A DNA stretch of 63,743 nucleotides. Origin: Bacteroidales bacterium (GTDB taxonomy: Bacteria > Bacteroidota > Bacteroidia > Bacteroidales > VadinHA17). Shown piece by piece: positions 1-10,115 of the stretch (positions within the stretch are counted from its first letter, which is position 1; every line of letters begins with the position of its first letter). The notes under the pieces were generated by a model. That model was given only the letters and a program-made list of their open reading frames with translations, had not been told where the DNA came from and did no database searches. The stretch is taken from contig JBBRVC010000002.1 of NCBI GenBank assembly GCA_038247205.1, forward strand, positions 1 to 63,743, in the 5' to 3' direction. The position numbers and the translations under genes were made by a program.

Positions 1-960
1 ATATGCCCGGTTGGAACCTTATTGGGACTGATCTCAAAAGTATCTTTCCTGAGAATAAAATTTAATGAGAGTTCGTGCTCAAGATGCGGAAGATGTTCTG
101 TAGGATGTAAATCATCCTGCATTGACTTCCTTAAACATGATATTGATGTCAGCAGATGCGTCGGATGTTTCAATTGTATAAATTCCTGTCCTGATAAAGC
201 TATCTCTTATGGCATTGTAAATTTTAAAAGAAAGAAAAAAACTGAAATTGAGAAAACACAAAAATCAGAAGAAGCTCCCGATGTGAACAAGCGGAGAATA
301 ATTGCAGGATCTGTTCTGTTTATGCTGGGATTGTCAGGATATTTAAAAGCCCAGGAAAAAAGTATGCCTAAACCGACAAAAGACTCGACCGTAAAGGAAA
401 ACAGGAAGTATCCGGTATGTCCTCCAGGAGGAGGAAGCCTGGAGGATTTTAACAAGCACTGTATTGCCTGTTCATTATGCATCACTGCATGTCCTAATCT
501 TGTACTTCAACCCTCAATAAGAGAGTACGGTCTCACAGGAATCATGCAGCCGGTTATGGATTACCACAAAAGTTTCTGCACATATAATTGTACTGTTTGT
601 ACTGAAATCTGCCCTACTCAGGCATTAAAACCACTGATGCTTGAAGCAAAAAAACTTACACAACTGGGAAAAGCAATTTTTATAAAAGACAATTGCATTG
701 TTAAAACTGAAAAAACAGCTTGCGGCGCCTGTTCAGAAAGTTGCCCGACAAAAGCTGTCCATATGATTCCTTATGAAGGGAATCTGGTAATTCCGGAAGT
801 TACAGATGACATTTGTATAGGTTGCGGTCATTGCGAATTTGCATGCCCAACTACACCATATAAAGCTATATTTGTTGACGGTAATGCTGTACACATGGCT
901 GCCAAAAAACCTGTGAATGTGCAATCGGATATGAAAACACCAGTTGAATTTCCCTTCTGA
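1..960 (+). CDS. 4Fe-4S polyferredoxin-type iron-sulfur protein (5' end outside window)
   Basis: Six Cys clusters of ferredoxin type (CSRCGRCSVGC, CVGCFNCINSCP, CIACSLCITACP, CTVCTEICP, CGACSESCP, CIGCGHCEFACP). The frame stays open back to nt 1 (ICPVGTLLG...), so the TTG at 22 in the ORF track is not the true start. Confidence 0.8.
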   Translation: MCPVGTLLGLISKVSFLRIKFNESSCSRCGRCSVGCKSSCIDFLKHDIDVSRCVGCFNCINSCPDKAISYGIVNFKRKKKTEIEKTQKSEEAPDVNKRRIIAGSVLFMLGLSGYLKAQEKSMPKPTKDSTVKENRKYPVCPPGGGSLEDFNKHCIACSLCITACPNLVLQPSIREYGLTGIMQPVMDYHKSFCTYNCTVCTEICPTQALKPLMLEAKKLTQLGKAIFIKDNCIVKTEKTACGACSESCPTKAVHMIPYEGNLVIPEVTDDICIGCGHCEFACPTTPYKAIFVDGNAVHMAAKKPVNVQSDMKTPVEFPF

Positions 961-1114
961 TTATAAATTTCATACAGTTTATTTCAGGCTATCATCAAAA
1001 CATGATAATTATCTGCTTTGGGTTCCCCTAATCAGCTAATTTTGTATTAATTAATATTTAGCTGACAAATCTATGGGAATGAATCCAACATATATTTAGC
1101 ATATTGGAATAGCA

Positions 1115-1489
1115 GTGAGCGATCTCGAAACGGCAAAAGCATTTTATGAAAATATATTTGGGCTGAAGTGTTACAGTGTCGAGGAAGTGCCTGAACAAAA
1201 AGTGCGGACAGCATTTTTTATGGTTGGGCAGACTAAGATCGAGTTGCTGGAATCAACTTCACCTGACGGCCCTATTGGCAAGTTTATTGAAAAGAGGGGA
1301 GAAGGCATTCATCATATCGCATTTGCAGTGAAAAATCTTACTGAACAATTGGAATATGCTGAAAGCAAAGGTGTTAAATTAATCGACAGTACTCCCAGGA
1401 AAGGGGCTGAAGGACTTGATATAGCATTTCTGCATCCTAAATCTGCTTCTGGAGTCCTCATAGAGATATGTGAAGATAAAAATCATTGA
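1115..1489 (+). CDS. mce: methylmalonyl-CoA epimerase (VOC/glyoxalase fold); N-terminus interrupted by an in-frame TAG
   Basis: Motifs GEGIHHIAFAV, PRKGAEG, IAFLHPKS and GVLIEICE are typical of methylmalonyl-CoA epimerase. The track start is a GTG. The conserved HIGIAV segment lies just upstream, behind a TAG (see finding). Confidence 0.75.
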   Translation: MSDLETAKAFYENIFGLKCYSVEEVPEQKVRTAFFMVGQTKIELLESTSPDGPIGKFIEKRGEGIHHIAFAVKNLTEQLEYAESKGVKLIDSTPRKGAEGLDIAFLHPKSASGVLIEICEDKNH

Positions 1490-1690
1490 AACAATTTTTT
1501 CCTGCGTATGGAAAACCAGGAGAAAGGGTTTTACAGATTGAAAGACTGGGAGCAGATCCGGCCAATCACCTCCTAATGCATGCTATGACTTCAAACATTT
1601 CAGGCGTAATCGGTTCAGCAGCAGCAACTGGTATTCTTCTTGGGTTTCTTGGATAATATTTATTAGGTTTGTATAACAATACCTGAGTTT

Positions 1691-2914
1691 ATGAAAACAG
1701 CAACAGCAGGTAACGCAGGCCCTAAAATCAGATCTGATTGTGAAGTAATTCTGAAACTCAGAGATGAAGGTGGGATCAGCATCGATATTAAGTCCAAGGT
1801 AAAAGCCTTATACGGCGAATCAATTAAAAATCAATGCATTGATATACTTAATTATTTTGGAATATCCAATGCCTTCTTAAATATTGATGATTCGGGAGCA
1901 TTACCTTTTGTAATTTCTGCAAGGCTGGAAGCAGCCATAAAAAAGCTTATTACAACTGATCTTGAATATTTGCCGGACCTTATACCGGAAAACGCTTACC
2001 CTTCAAAGGCTGAGCGGTTCAGATTTTCAAGACTTTATCTGCCCGGAAATAATCCTTCCATAATGATTAATGCAGGATTGCATTCTGCGGATGGAATTAT
2101 TCTGGATCTTGAAGACTCGGTTGCACCTTCTAAAAAGGATGAAGCCAGAATACTCGTGCGTAATGCTTTACGTCAGATCGACTTCCGCGGAGCTGAAAGA
2201 ATGGTAAGGATTAACCAGGGAAAGCAAGGGATTTATGATCTTGATTGTATGATAAGAAATAATGTTAACCTGGTTATTGTTCCAAAATGCGAAACTCCTG
2301 AACAAATAGTTGTAATCAATGCAAAAATTGAAGAGATAAGAAGCAGACATAATCTGACAAATCCGGTCTTTTTGATGCCGGTAATAGAAAGTGCCCTCGG
2401 AATAGAAAATGCTTTCAGCATAGCAAAAGCCTCGGCAAGTGTTGTTGCAATTGCTATAGGGCTTGAGGATTATACTGCCGACCTTGGTGTGCCAAGAACA
2501 CTTGAAGGAAGAGAGTCATATTACGCAAGAACACGTCTTGTAGTTGCTGCCAAGGCTGCCGGAATACAACCAATTGATTCAGTTTTTTCAGATGTTGGTG
2601 ATATGGAAGCTTTGAAAAAAAATGTATTGGATTCCAGAGCATTGGGTTTTGAAGGGATGGGTTGTATTCACCCACGGCAGATCGCGGTTATAAAAAAGGC
2701 ATTTACCCCTGATGAGATTGAATTAAAAAAGGCAAAAGAGATTGTCATTGCATTTAAAGATGCAGAAAAAAAAGGATTGGCAGTTGTGGCTCTGGGTGCA
2801 AAGATGATTGATCCGCCTGTTGTGGCAAAAGCTCAGAAAACTATTGATCTGGCTGTCAGACTTCAATTGATTAAGCCAGACTGGGCAGATGAGGAAATCC
2901 AAAATAATTGTTAA
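1691..2914 (+). CDS. citE: citrate lyase acyl-carrier (gamma, CitD) fused to citrate lyase beta subunit (CitE, citryl-CoA lyase)
   Basis: The N-terminal ~95 aa align by eye to CitD (AGNAG..IRSDCEV matching AGTLESGDVMI, and LNIDDSGALPFVISARLEAAI matching [20 protein letters not shown]). The rest carries HpcH/CitE motifs (SRLYLPGNNP, IILDLEDSVAP, GLEDYTADLG, GMGCIHPRQI). Confidence 0.75.
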   Translation: MKTATAGNAGPKIRSDCEVILKLRDEGGISIDIKSKVKALYGESIKNQCIDILNYFGISNAFLNIDDSGALPFVISARLEAAIKKLITTDLEYLPDLIPENAYPSKAERFRFSRLYLPGNNPSIMINAGLHSADGIILDLEDSVAPSKKDEARILVRNALRQIDFRGAERMVRINQGKQGIYDLDCMIRNNVNLVIVPKCETPEQIVVINAKIEEIRSRHNLTNPVFLMPVIESALGIENAFSIAKASASVVAIAIGLEDYTADLGVPRTLEGRESYYARTRLVVAAKAAGIQPIDSVFSDVGDMEALKKNVLDSRALGFEGMGCIHPRQIAVIKKAFTPDEIELKKAKEIVIAFKDAEKKGLAVVALGAKMIDPPVVAKAQKTIDLAVRLQLIKPDWADEEIQNNC

Positions 2915-2918
2915 CCCC

Positions 2919-4475
2919 ATGACTGTTAAAACAGTAATAAACGCGGCCGGCCGGAGTATACCACTGGAGATTAACGGAAAGCAGGCAATTCCATTTGCCG
3001 GAGTCGGAAAACACCATCCCTCAGGTCATAAGTACTCACCATTGATATCATCTTGCATCGATTTTCCGGAAGATGGCAATAAGGTTATAACATCTTTGAA
3101 AGATGCACTTATCAAATGCGGGTTACGCGATGGTATGACAATTTCGACACATCATCATCTGAGGGATGGTGATCTTGTCAGCAACAAGATATTTGATATT
3201 GCATCAGAATTGGGAGTGAAGAATCTGGTATGGTTCCCTTCTGCATCATTTCCGTGCAATGACCCTCTGATAAAGTATCTTGAAGATGGTACAATTAACA
3301 GGATCGAGGGAAGTATGAACGGTCCGTTGGGTAGATTTGTTTCTGACGGAGGAATGAAAGGAACAGCAGTACTCAGGTCTCACGGAGGTCGGGTCCAGGC
3401 AATCCAGGATGGTGAAGTAAAGATTGACATTGCAGTTCTTGCGGCACCCTCATCGGATGCTTTTGGAAATGCCAGGGGTACGGGAGGAAAATCTGCCTGC
3501 GGAGTATTAGGCTATGCAAAAACAGATTACATGTATGCCGATAAAGTGATCGTAGTTACTGATAATCTGGTAGATATGCCGTGTTTTCCCATGGAGATAG
3601 AAGGCAATTATGTCGATTGTGTTGTCGTTGTTGATAAGATTGGGATTCCTGAAAAGATTATATCAGGAACTACACAGATTACAAAAAGTCCCGACAGGCT
3701 ATTAATAGCAGAATTAACTGCTTCCTTTCTTGAGAAATCAGGAATACTGAAAGATGGTGTTACAGTTCAGGCAGGAGCGGGTGGTACTTCTCTTGCCATT
3801 GCTGTGTTTCTTCATGAAATTCTGAAAAGAAATGGCTGGAGTTCGAAGTATGGCTTCGGCGGGAGCACACAATATATGGTGAAAATGCTTGAAGAGGGTC
3901 AGATGAAATTTATTCTCGATGCCCAGGCATTTGATCTTGAAGCTGTTAAATCTATTGAATTGAATCCCAATCATGTTCAATATCCCGTTTACAATGCGTA
4001 TAATTTTCATTCAAAGGGCAACCTCACCAGTATGATGGACATTATGATACTTGGGGCTACTGAGGTTGATCTCAACTTCAATGGCAATGTTGTAACCCAC
4101 TCTGACGGATATCTTCTTCACGGAATAGGAGGCTGGCAAAACTGCCTTCATGCCAGGAATGTAATTCTTCCGATACCATTGTTTCGTGACAGAATTCCGG
4201 TAATTGTTGATGAAGTGACAACAATTTGTGGACCCGGCGAACTCATAGATGTTATTATAACTGAAAGAGGTATTGCAATTAACCCGTTAAGAAAAGACCT
4301 GATAGAAAGTGTCAAGGGAAGCGGGCTTCCTTTAAAATCTATCAGGGAACTTAAAGATGAAGCCGAAAGAATATGCGGAAAACCTCAGAAGCCTATTTTT
4401 GAAGATGTTATTGTGGCAGCCATCAAGTGGGTAGATGGAACTGTAATTGATGTAGTAAGAAAAATAAAAAAATAA
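2919..4475 (+). CDS. citF: citrate lyase alpha subunit (citrate CoA-transferase)
   Basis: About 520 aa directly after citE. CitF-like segments are present ([37 protein letters not shown]). I prefer the ATG at 2919, just after the citE stop at 2914, over the overlapping track start at 2889. Confidence 0.85.
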   Translation: MTVKTVINAAGRSIPLEINGKQAIPFAGVGKHHPSGHKYSPLISSCIDFPEDGNKVITSLKDALIKCGLRDGMTISTHHHLRDGDLVSNKIFDIASELGVKNLVWFPSASFPCNDPLIKYLEDGTINRIEGSMNGPLGRFVSDGGMKGTAVLRSHGGRVQAIQDGEVKIDIAVLAAPSSDAFGNARGTGGKSACGVLGYAKTDYMYADKVIVVTDNLVDMPCFPMEIEGNYVDCVVVVDKIGIPEKIISGTTQITKSPDRLLIAELTASFLEKSGILKDGVTVQAGAGGTSLAIAVFLHEILKRNGWSSKYGFGGSTQYMVKMLEEGQMKFILDAQAFDLEAVKSIELNPNHVQYPVYNAYNFHSKGNLTSMMDIMILGATEVDLNFNGNVVTHSDGYLLHGIGGWQNCLHARNVILPIPLFRDRIPVIVDEVTTICGPGELIDVIITERGIAINPLRKDLIESVKGSGLPLKSIRELKDEAERICGKPQKPIFEDVIVAAIKWVDGTVIDVVRKIKK

Positions 4476-4480
4476 GTTTT

Positions 4481-4642
4481 ATGGAAAAATACAAATGCCT
4501 GGTGTGTGGTTACATTTATGATCCGGCCGACGGAGATCCCGAAGGTGGAATACTGCCGGGGGTCGATTTCAATGATCTGCCATCAGATTATATATGCCCC
4601 ATCTGTGGTGCAGGTAAAGAGGAATTTATTGTTTATGAATAA
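4481..4642 (+). CDS. rubredoxin (53 aa, below the ORF-track cutoff)
   Basis: Manual translation gives [53 protein letters not shown]. It has the two CxxCG knuckles (CLVCG, CPICG) and the YDP/DLP spacing of rubredoxins. Confidence 0.85.
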   Translation: MEKYKCLVCGYIYDPADGDPEGGILPGVDFNDLPSDYICPICGAGKEEFIVYE

Positions 4643-4656
4643 CGTTCTTATCAGTT

Positions 4657-4688
4657 ATTCCTGCCTCTCATGAATTTTCGGCAGGAAT
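4657..4688. terminator. 9-bp perfect inverted repeat at the convergent rubredoxin/pepD junction
   Basis: ATTCCTGCC-14 nt-GGCAGGAAT. The right arm overlaps the last pepD codons. No strong T-run. Confidence 0.35.
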
Positions 4689-6134
4689 ATTCTTTATAAC
4701 ATCGATGAGCAGATCCCAGAACATTTGTGTAGATCTGATTTCAATTTTCTCCTCCGGGGTATGCGCTCCCCTGATAGTCGGTCCTATCGAAATCATGTCG
4801 ATTCCTTTGTATTTCTCATATATAAGTCCACACTCCAGTCCGGCATGTATTGCTTTCACCTGGGGTTCTGTTCCAAATAGATCAGTATAAGATTTACGTG
4901 TTAATCTGAGAATTTCTGAATTCAAATCAGGTTTCCACCCCGGATATCCATCGGAATGAACGACTTCTGCACCTGCGAACCGGAATATTGACTCTATTTT
5001 TAGAGCAATATCAAATTTGGCTTTTTCAACCGAACTTCGCTGGGTTGTTACAATTTTCACAGTATTTTCATTTGTGAATTTTACAGAAGCCAGGTTAGTA
5101 GATGTTTCAACGAGATCTTCCATTTCTTTTGACCAGTCAATAACACCGTGAGGACAAGCCGTGATTGCATCGATAAGTTTAATCTGACTTACCTGATCCA
5201 TTATAAACTGTGGAAGCGCTGTTTCTTTTGAAGTAATTTTCAGATCTTTTTCTGTAGCCTCAAGTTCTTCTGTTACAAGAGCATAGAATTTATTCACAAA
5301 ATTTTTAACTTCGGCAGTTAAAGAACTTTTTAACACAATAGTTGCAAAGGCTTCGCGGGGAATAGCATTGCGTAGGTTTCCCCCATCAATATAACTGATA
5401 GAGATCCCATATTGGTTTGTAAGTTCATGTAATAACCGGTTCATTATCTTTACCGAATTTCCATAGCCTTTGTGTATCTCATCGCCTGAATGACCTCCGT
5501 GAAGGCCTGTAATGGCAATTTCAAGAGCAGAAGTGTTATCACCTGGTGGTACCGAATTATACTTCATTGTTCCTACTGTATCCATTCCTCCGGCACATCC
5601 GATAAAGAGAATTCCTTCATCCTCCGAATCAAGATTGATAAGAACTCTACCCTCGAAAAAATCCGGTTTCAGGTTTATGGCTCCTGTCATACCTGATTCT
5701 TCATCAACAGTAAAGAGACATTCAATTTTACCTGCCTGAAGGTTTTTGTCTGTGAGAATTGCCATCTGTGTTGCAATTCCAATACCATCATCTGCTCCCA
5801 GTGTTGTTCCGATGGCACTTATCCAACCATCTTTTAGAACCGGTACTATTGGATCTGTCGTCCAGTTGTGTGGATTATCTGCATTTTTTTCACCGACCAT
5901 ATCCAGGTGGCTTTGCAGTACGATAGTCTTTATATTTTCCATTCCCCGAGATGCAGGTCTGATTAACAGTATGTTGCCTGTTTCGTCTTCTCTCGCTTCG
6001 ATTCCGTTTTCTTTTGCAAACAGAATCATGTATTTCCTTATCTTCCCTTCATTCTTTGAAATTCGCGGTATTTTGCAGATCTCTTCAAAGTATTTCCAGA
6101 TTGGTGCGGGACTTATATTTTCAAAAATTGTCAT
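4668..6134 (-). CDS. pepD: aminoacyl-histidine (Xaa-His) dipeptidase, M20 family
   Basis: 488 aa with PepD-type motifs: QSHLDMV, GADDGIG, VDEESGMTG, GLHGGHSG and GLECG near the C-terminus. Confidence 0.85.
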   Translation of the reverse strand: MTIFENISPAPIWKYFEEICKIPRISKNEGKIRKYMILFAKENGIEAREDETGNILLIRPASRGMENIKTIVLQSHLDMVGEKNADNPHNWTTDPIVPVLKDGWISAIGTTLGADDGIGIATQMAILTDKNLQAGKIECLFTVDEESGMTGAINLKPDFFEGRVLINLDSEDEGILFIGCAGGMDTVGTMKYNSVPPGDNTSALEIAITGLHGGHSGDEIHKGYGNSVKIMNRLLHELTNQYGISISYIDGGNLRNAIPREAFATIVLKSSLTAEVKNFVNKFYALVTEELEATEKDLKITSKETALPQFIMDQVSQIKLIDAITACPHGVIDWSKEMEDLVETSTNLASVKFTNENTVKIVTTQRSSVEKAKFDIALKIESIFRFAGAEVVHSDGYPGWKPDLNSEILRLTRKSYTDLFGTEPQVKAIHAGLECGLIYEKYKGIDMISIGPTIRGAHTPEEKIEIRSTQMFWDLLIDVIKNIPAENS

Positions 6135-6260
6135 TCAGGATCATCAATAAATTGGTCACAAAAGTATTATATAATATAACCTTATTATATGATTTTCCGC
6201 ATATATAGATTTTAAATATTTTCTTTAAATTTACGAAAAGTCACTAAAAATATTCAAAAG

Positions 6261-7454
6261 ATGGCAAGGAGAAAAATAGTAGCATTACCGGGTGACGGCA
6301 TTGGAAAGATTGTACTTGAACAAGCCATCAGAGTTTTGGATGCAGCTGGGTATGAAGCAGATTATATTTATGGGGATATTGGCTGGGAGTTTTGGTGCAG
6401 AGAGGGAAATCCATTACCTCAGAGAACAATCGACCTGATTTCAGAACATAAAATTGCGCTTTTTGGAGCCATCACTTCCAAACCAAATGATGAGGCCAAA
6501 GCTGAGCTAGACTCTGCATTGCAAGGGAAGGGTTTTAAATATTCAAGCCCTATTGTCGGTCTTAGACAACTTTTCAATCTTGATATATGTGTCCGTCCAT
6601 GCAAATCCTATAAAGGTAATCCTCTTAATTTTATTAGGAGAGGAAAGGGTAACACAATTGAGGAGCCACGTATCAATGTAGTTATTTTCAGGCAGAATAC
6701 TGAATGCCTCTATTCGGGGGTAGAGTGGACTAACCCTCCTTCCCAGGTTTACCAGGCGCTCAGAACGCATCCTAAATTTACAGAAAACTTTGGTAATGTT
6801 CCAGTGGAAGAGCTTTCAATTTCAACGAGGATATTTACAAAAAGAGCAACTGTAAGGATTTTAAATGCCGCTTTTGAATACGCAAAGAAATATGGATATA
6901 AATCTGTTACTCTTTGCGAAAAGCCGAATGTTATCAGGGAAACATCAGGAATGATGTGGCAGCTTGCAAAAGAGATTCAGAAAAAATCGTTTCCTGATAT
7001 TAAACTCCTGAATACAAATATAGATGCCCAGATGATGTGGCTGACAAAAAACCCTGAAGACTATGGAGTTATTGTTGCCGGAAACATGTTTGGTGATATT
7101 GCTTCGGATGCCTTTGCGGGACTGATTGGAGGCCTGGGATTCGCATGCAGCGCTCAGTTTTCTGAAGATGAGATCGCTGTTTTCGAACCGACTCACGGCT
7201 CTGCTCCAAAATATGCTGAATACATTATTCCGATTATAAATCCGATTGCCATGGTAGAATCAGCTTGTATGATGCTTGATTATCTTGGAGAAAGGAATAT
7301 TTCTTCAAGGATTCGGAAAGCTGTGACGGAAGTTATTGAAGATGGGAAAGTTAGGACTTACGACATGATGAAAATGCCGGGACGGCCTGAAGTAATAAAC
7401 CATGGCGCTGCTTCGACTATTCAGATGACAGATGCGATAATTTCAAAAATTTAA
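6261..7454 (+). CDS. isocitrate/isopropylmalate dehydrogenase family protein
   Basis: N-terminal IVALPGDGIG, LRQLFNLDICVRP, and NMFGDIASD followed by EPTHGSAP, which are typical of beta-decarboxylating dehydrogenases. Substrate cannot be assigned by eye. Confidence 0.7.
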   Translation: MARRKIVALPGDGIGKIVLEQAIRVLDAAGYEADYIYGDIGWEFWCREGNPLPQRTIDLISEHKIALFGAITSKPNDEAKAELDSALQGKGFKYSSPIVGLRQLFNLDICVRPCKSYKGNPLNFIRRGKGNTIEEPRINVVIFRQNTECLYSGVEWTNPPSQVYQALRTHPKFTENFGNVPVEELSISTRIFTKRATVRILNAAFEYAKKYGYKSVTLCEKPNVIRETSGMMWQLAKEIQKKSFPDIKLLNTNIDAQMMWLTKNPEDYGVIVAGNMFGDIASDAFAGLIGGLGFACSAQFSEDEIAVFEPTHGSAPKYAEYIIPIINPIAMVESACMMLDYLGERNISSRIRKAVTEVIEDGKVRTYDMMKMPGRPEVINHGAASTIQMTDAIISKI

Positions 7455-7473
7455 ATGCATTAATATAAGTGTA

Positions 7474-8025
7474 ATGACTGACGAAGTAAAATTGCTTTGG
7501 CCTGAGCTTGAATGGATAAAAGATTACCAGCTTAGGGAAAAAACGGCAAAAACATGGGAAATTGCTCTCGAAAGAAGCGTGCTGTCGTCAGAAGACCTCA
7601 ACAGAATACCGTTTACATTACTCTGCGGTCCTGAACTGAAAGTAAGCTTCATGGATCATAAAAGGTGTGTGGTCCATATCGCGAAAGAAAGCGGGGAGAA
7701 AATGAATAAATTCTTTCAGTCAGACTTACCTGTCAATATGGACGTATTAATATCCGGTGCTATTTTAGCCGATGTTGGCAAACTTCTTGAATATGAGCTT
7801 GATAAAGAAGGTAAAGCTGTTCAGGGAAAGTACGGACAATATCTGAGACATCCCTTTTCAGGTGTTTCTCTGGCTGAAGAGTGCGGTGTTCCACCTGAAG
7901 TCTGTCATATTATTTCTGCCCATGCTCATGAAGGCGACCTGGTAAAAAGAACAACGGAAGCCTACATAGTCCATCATGCAGATTTTATGACTTTTCTGCC
8001 CTTTAAAAGCAGGCTGATGATATAA
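7474..8025 (+). CDS. HD-domain phosphohydrolase family protein
   Basis: His/Asp pattern (HIAKES..., LADVGK, AHAHEGD, HHADF) consistent with the HD superfamily. Weak call. Confidence 0.5.
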   Translation: MTDEVKLLWPELEWIKDYQLREKTAKTWEIALERSVLSSEDLNRIPFTLLCGPELKVSFMDHKRCVVHIAKESGEKMNKFFQSDLPVNMDVLISGAILADVGKLLEYELDKEGKAVQGKYGQYLRHPFSGVSLAEECGVPPEVCHIISAHAHEGDLVKRTTEAYIVHHADFMTFLPFKSRLMI

Positions 8026-8036
8026 TCTGTAATGAT

Positions 8037-9950
8037 TTACCCCAGCTTCATTTTTTCAACTTGTTCAATATTCCTTTCATTAGTAACTGCCTTGGCATCA
8101 ATAGTATACAGATAGTCAATCAGATCCTGGTATTTATCCATTATTTTCCCCCGCACAATTTTCATTGTTGAGTTCATTAGGCCATTGTCTTCGGTAAAAC
8201 TTTCCTCAAGAATACCTATTGCAACAGGAAGCCATCGTTGGGGAAACATATTTCCATGCTTACCATTAGCCCTGTATTCATTAACTTCACTTTCCAGAAG
8301 TAATATTACCGCACGTTTCCCTTCATCAGAGTCAGCTGTCAGGTCCTTTTCTTCAAGATACACTTTTAAAGCATGCTGGTTTGGAATAATCAGAGCCACT
8401 GTATATGGCTTCTGATTATTATAGAGCATACACTGGTCGATATATTTTGATTGTTCTGAGATTGCTTCTTCAATACCTTCAGGGCTGAATTTTTCTCCGT
8501 CATCAGCGATAAGAAGGCTTTTAAACCGGCCAAGAACATAAATAAAACTGTCTTTCGACATATAACCCATATCACCTGTGTAGAGCCATCCATCTTTTAT
8601 AGATTCCTTAGTTGCCGTATCATTTTTCCAGTATCCATGCATTACATTTCCTCCACGGATAACGATTTCGCCTTTTTGTCCGGCAGGTAATTCATTACCC
8701 TCGTCGTCGCAGATTTTCAGATCCATATTATTTATAAGCACACCTGAGGATCCTAGTTTATGCCTGCTTGTGGAGTTGGAAGAGATTACAGGAGATGCTT
8801 CTGTCAATCCATATCCCTGATACATCGGAATTCCAAGAGCATAAAAAAATCTCTGGAGTTCAATATCCAGAAGGGCTCCCCCGCCAATAAAATAATCAAG
8901 TTCCCCGCCATAACCTTCCCTTATCTTACTGAATAAGATTCTGTCATATAATTTTAGAAGAGGTTCTTTAAGTTTCTGAATACCTCTTCCTTTGTTCCAT
9001 CCTTCTTTATTATAGGAATACGAAATCTTCAGAGCATGGTTAAACATTAATTCAACTAGTTTTCCTTTCTCCTTTATTCCCTTTTCAATATTTTTTCTGA
9101 AGTTTTTTGCAATTGCCGGCACACTCATTAAAAGGTTAGGCTTTATCTCTTTAAGACATCCCGGAAGATTCCTGAGAGTCTCTATCGGCGTCTTTCCGGT
9201 TTTTACAGATGCAATGCTGGCACCTTTTCCCATAAATGCATAAATTCCGCATGTATGTCCGAAGGAGTGATCCCATGGTAATATGAGAAGTGTCTTATAG
9301 AAAGAGGGTATATCCATTAAGCTATATGCCTGATATACATTTGTGACATAGTTGCCATGAGTCAGCATAATACCTTTGGGGTCTGCAGTTGTTCCTGAAG
9401 TGTAGCAGATATTTGCAATATCATTAGGGGAGATGCTTATCCTCAACGCATCAAACCTGGCTATATTCTCAGGCGAATCCAGCCACTCCCTTCCTATCTT
9501 TCTTACTTCATTAAAATGAATCTCGTTGGGTGCATATTCTTCCTGAGTATCGAAATGAATAAGCTTCTCAATTGTATGACAATCTTTTAAAACATCTTTT
9601 AATTTCTGAGCCTGAATAGATGAGGTTAAAATCATTCTGGAATCGGAATGGGTCACCCTGAATTTTATCTCTTCAGGATTAAGCTTTGATGAAAGAGGAA
9701 CGTTTATTGCTCCGGCAAAAAGGATTCCCAGTTCTCCGATAACCCAACTATTGCGCCCTTCAGAAATGAGGCTTAGTCTGTCCCCTTTTTTAATACCTAG
9801 TTTAATAAGGCCGGCAGCAAATTCGTAAACCTGTTTTTTTGTCTCACCATAGGTTGTTCCTTCATATTTATCATTGGGCTTTTCCCACAAATAAACATTG
9901 CTGCTGTACGTTTCAACACTTTCTTCAAAGAATTGTATCAATGATTTCAT
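8037..9950 (-). CDS. long-chain-fatty-acid--CoA ligase (AMP-forming)
   Basis: AMP-binding signature YTSGTTADPKG, plus GYGLTE, TGDMGY and a C-terminal NSTMKIVR motif. Confidence 0.8.
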   Translation of the reverse strand: MKSLIQFFEESVETYSSNVYLWEKPNDKYEGTTYGETKKQVYEFAAGLIKLGIKKGDRLSLISEGRNSWVIGELGILFAGAINVPLSSKLNPEEIKFRVTHSDSRMILTSSIQAQKLKDVLKDCHTIEKLIHFDTQEEYAPNEIHFNEVRKIGREWLDSPENIARFDALRISISPNDIANICYTSGTTADPKGIMLTHGNYVTNVYQAYSLMDIPSFYKTLLILPWDHSFGHTCGIYAFMGKGASIASVKTGKTPIETLRNLPGCLKEIKPNLLMSVPAIAKNFRKNIEKGIKEKGKLVELMFNHALKISYSYNKEGWNKGRGIQKLKEPLLKLYDRILFSKIREGYGGELDYFIGGGALLDIELQRFFYALGIPMYQGYGLTEASPVISSNSTSRHKLGSSGVLINNMDLKICDDEGNELPAGQKGEIVIRGGNVMHGYWKNDTATKESIKDGWLYTGDMGYMSKDSFIYVLGRFKSLLIADDGEKFSPEGIEEAISEQSKYIDQCMLYNNQKPYTVALIIPNQHALKVYLEEKDLTADSDEGKRAVILLLESEVNEYRANGKHGNMFPQRWLPVAIGILEESFTEDNGLMNSTMKIVRGKIMDKYQDLIDYLYTIDAKAVTNERNIEQVEKMKLG

Positions 9951-10115
9951 CTATCAGGTTTTTTTTTAAGATGCCTAATATACGAAATCCGGGATATATT
10001 ATTGAAGTCACCAAATATTATATAGCTTGTTTAAGTTTTCAATATTTTGTATATTTGATAACTGATCTTCGTAATTTACTGATATGCAGTTTTCTCCTAA
10101 TAAAAATCGAGCGTT

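Noticed and set aside
1097-1099. Possibility that the in-frame TAG in mce reflects stop-codon reassignment (an alternative genetic code).
   Set aside because: TAG works as an ordinary terminator elsewhere in the window. For example, the ClC gene ends ...GAA GAA TAG at 21409-21411 at the expected protein length. No other conserved gene here shows an internal TAG. A point mutation or sequencing error is the simpler explanation.
1576-1656. A 26-codon hydrophobic ORF (MHAMTSNISGVIGSAAATGILLGFLG) and an overlapping longer frame in the mce-citDE spacer. These could be a small membrane subunit (OadG/MmdD-like) or a decayed gene.
   Set aside because: It is too short and too low in information to support a call. 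No partner decarboxylase subunits are adjacent. I record it only in case a homology search is run.
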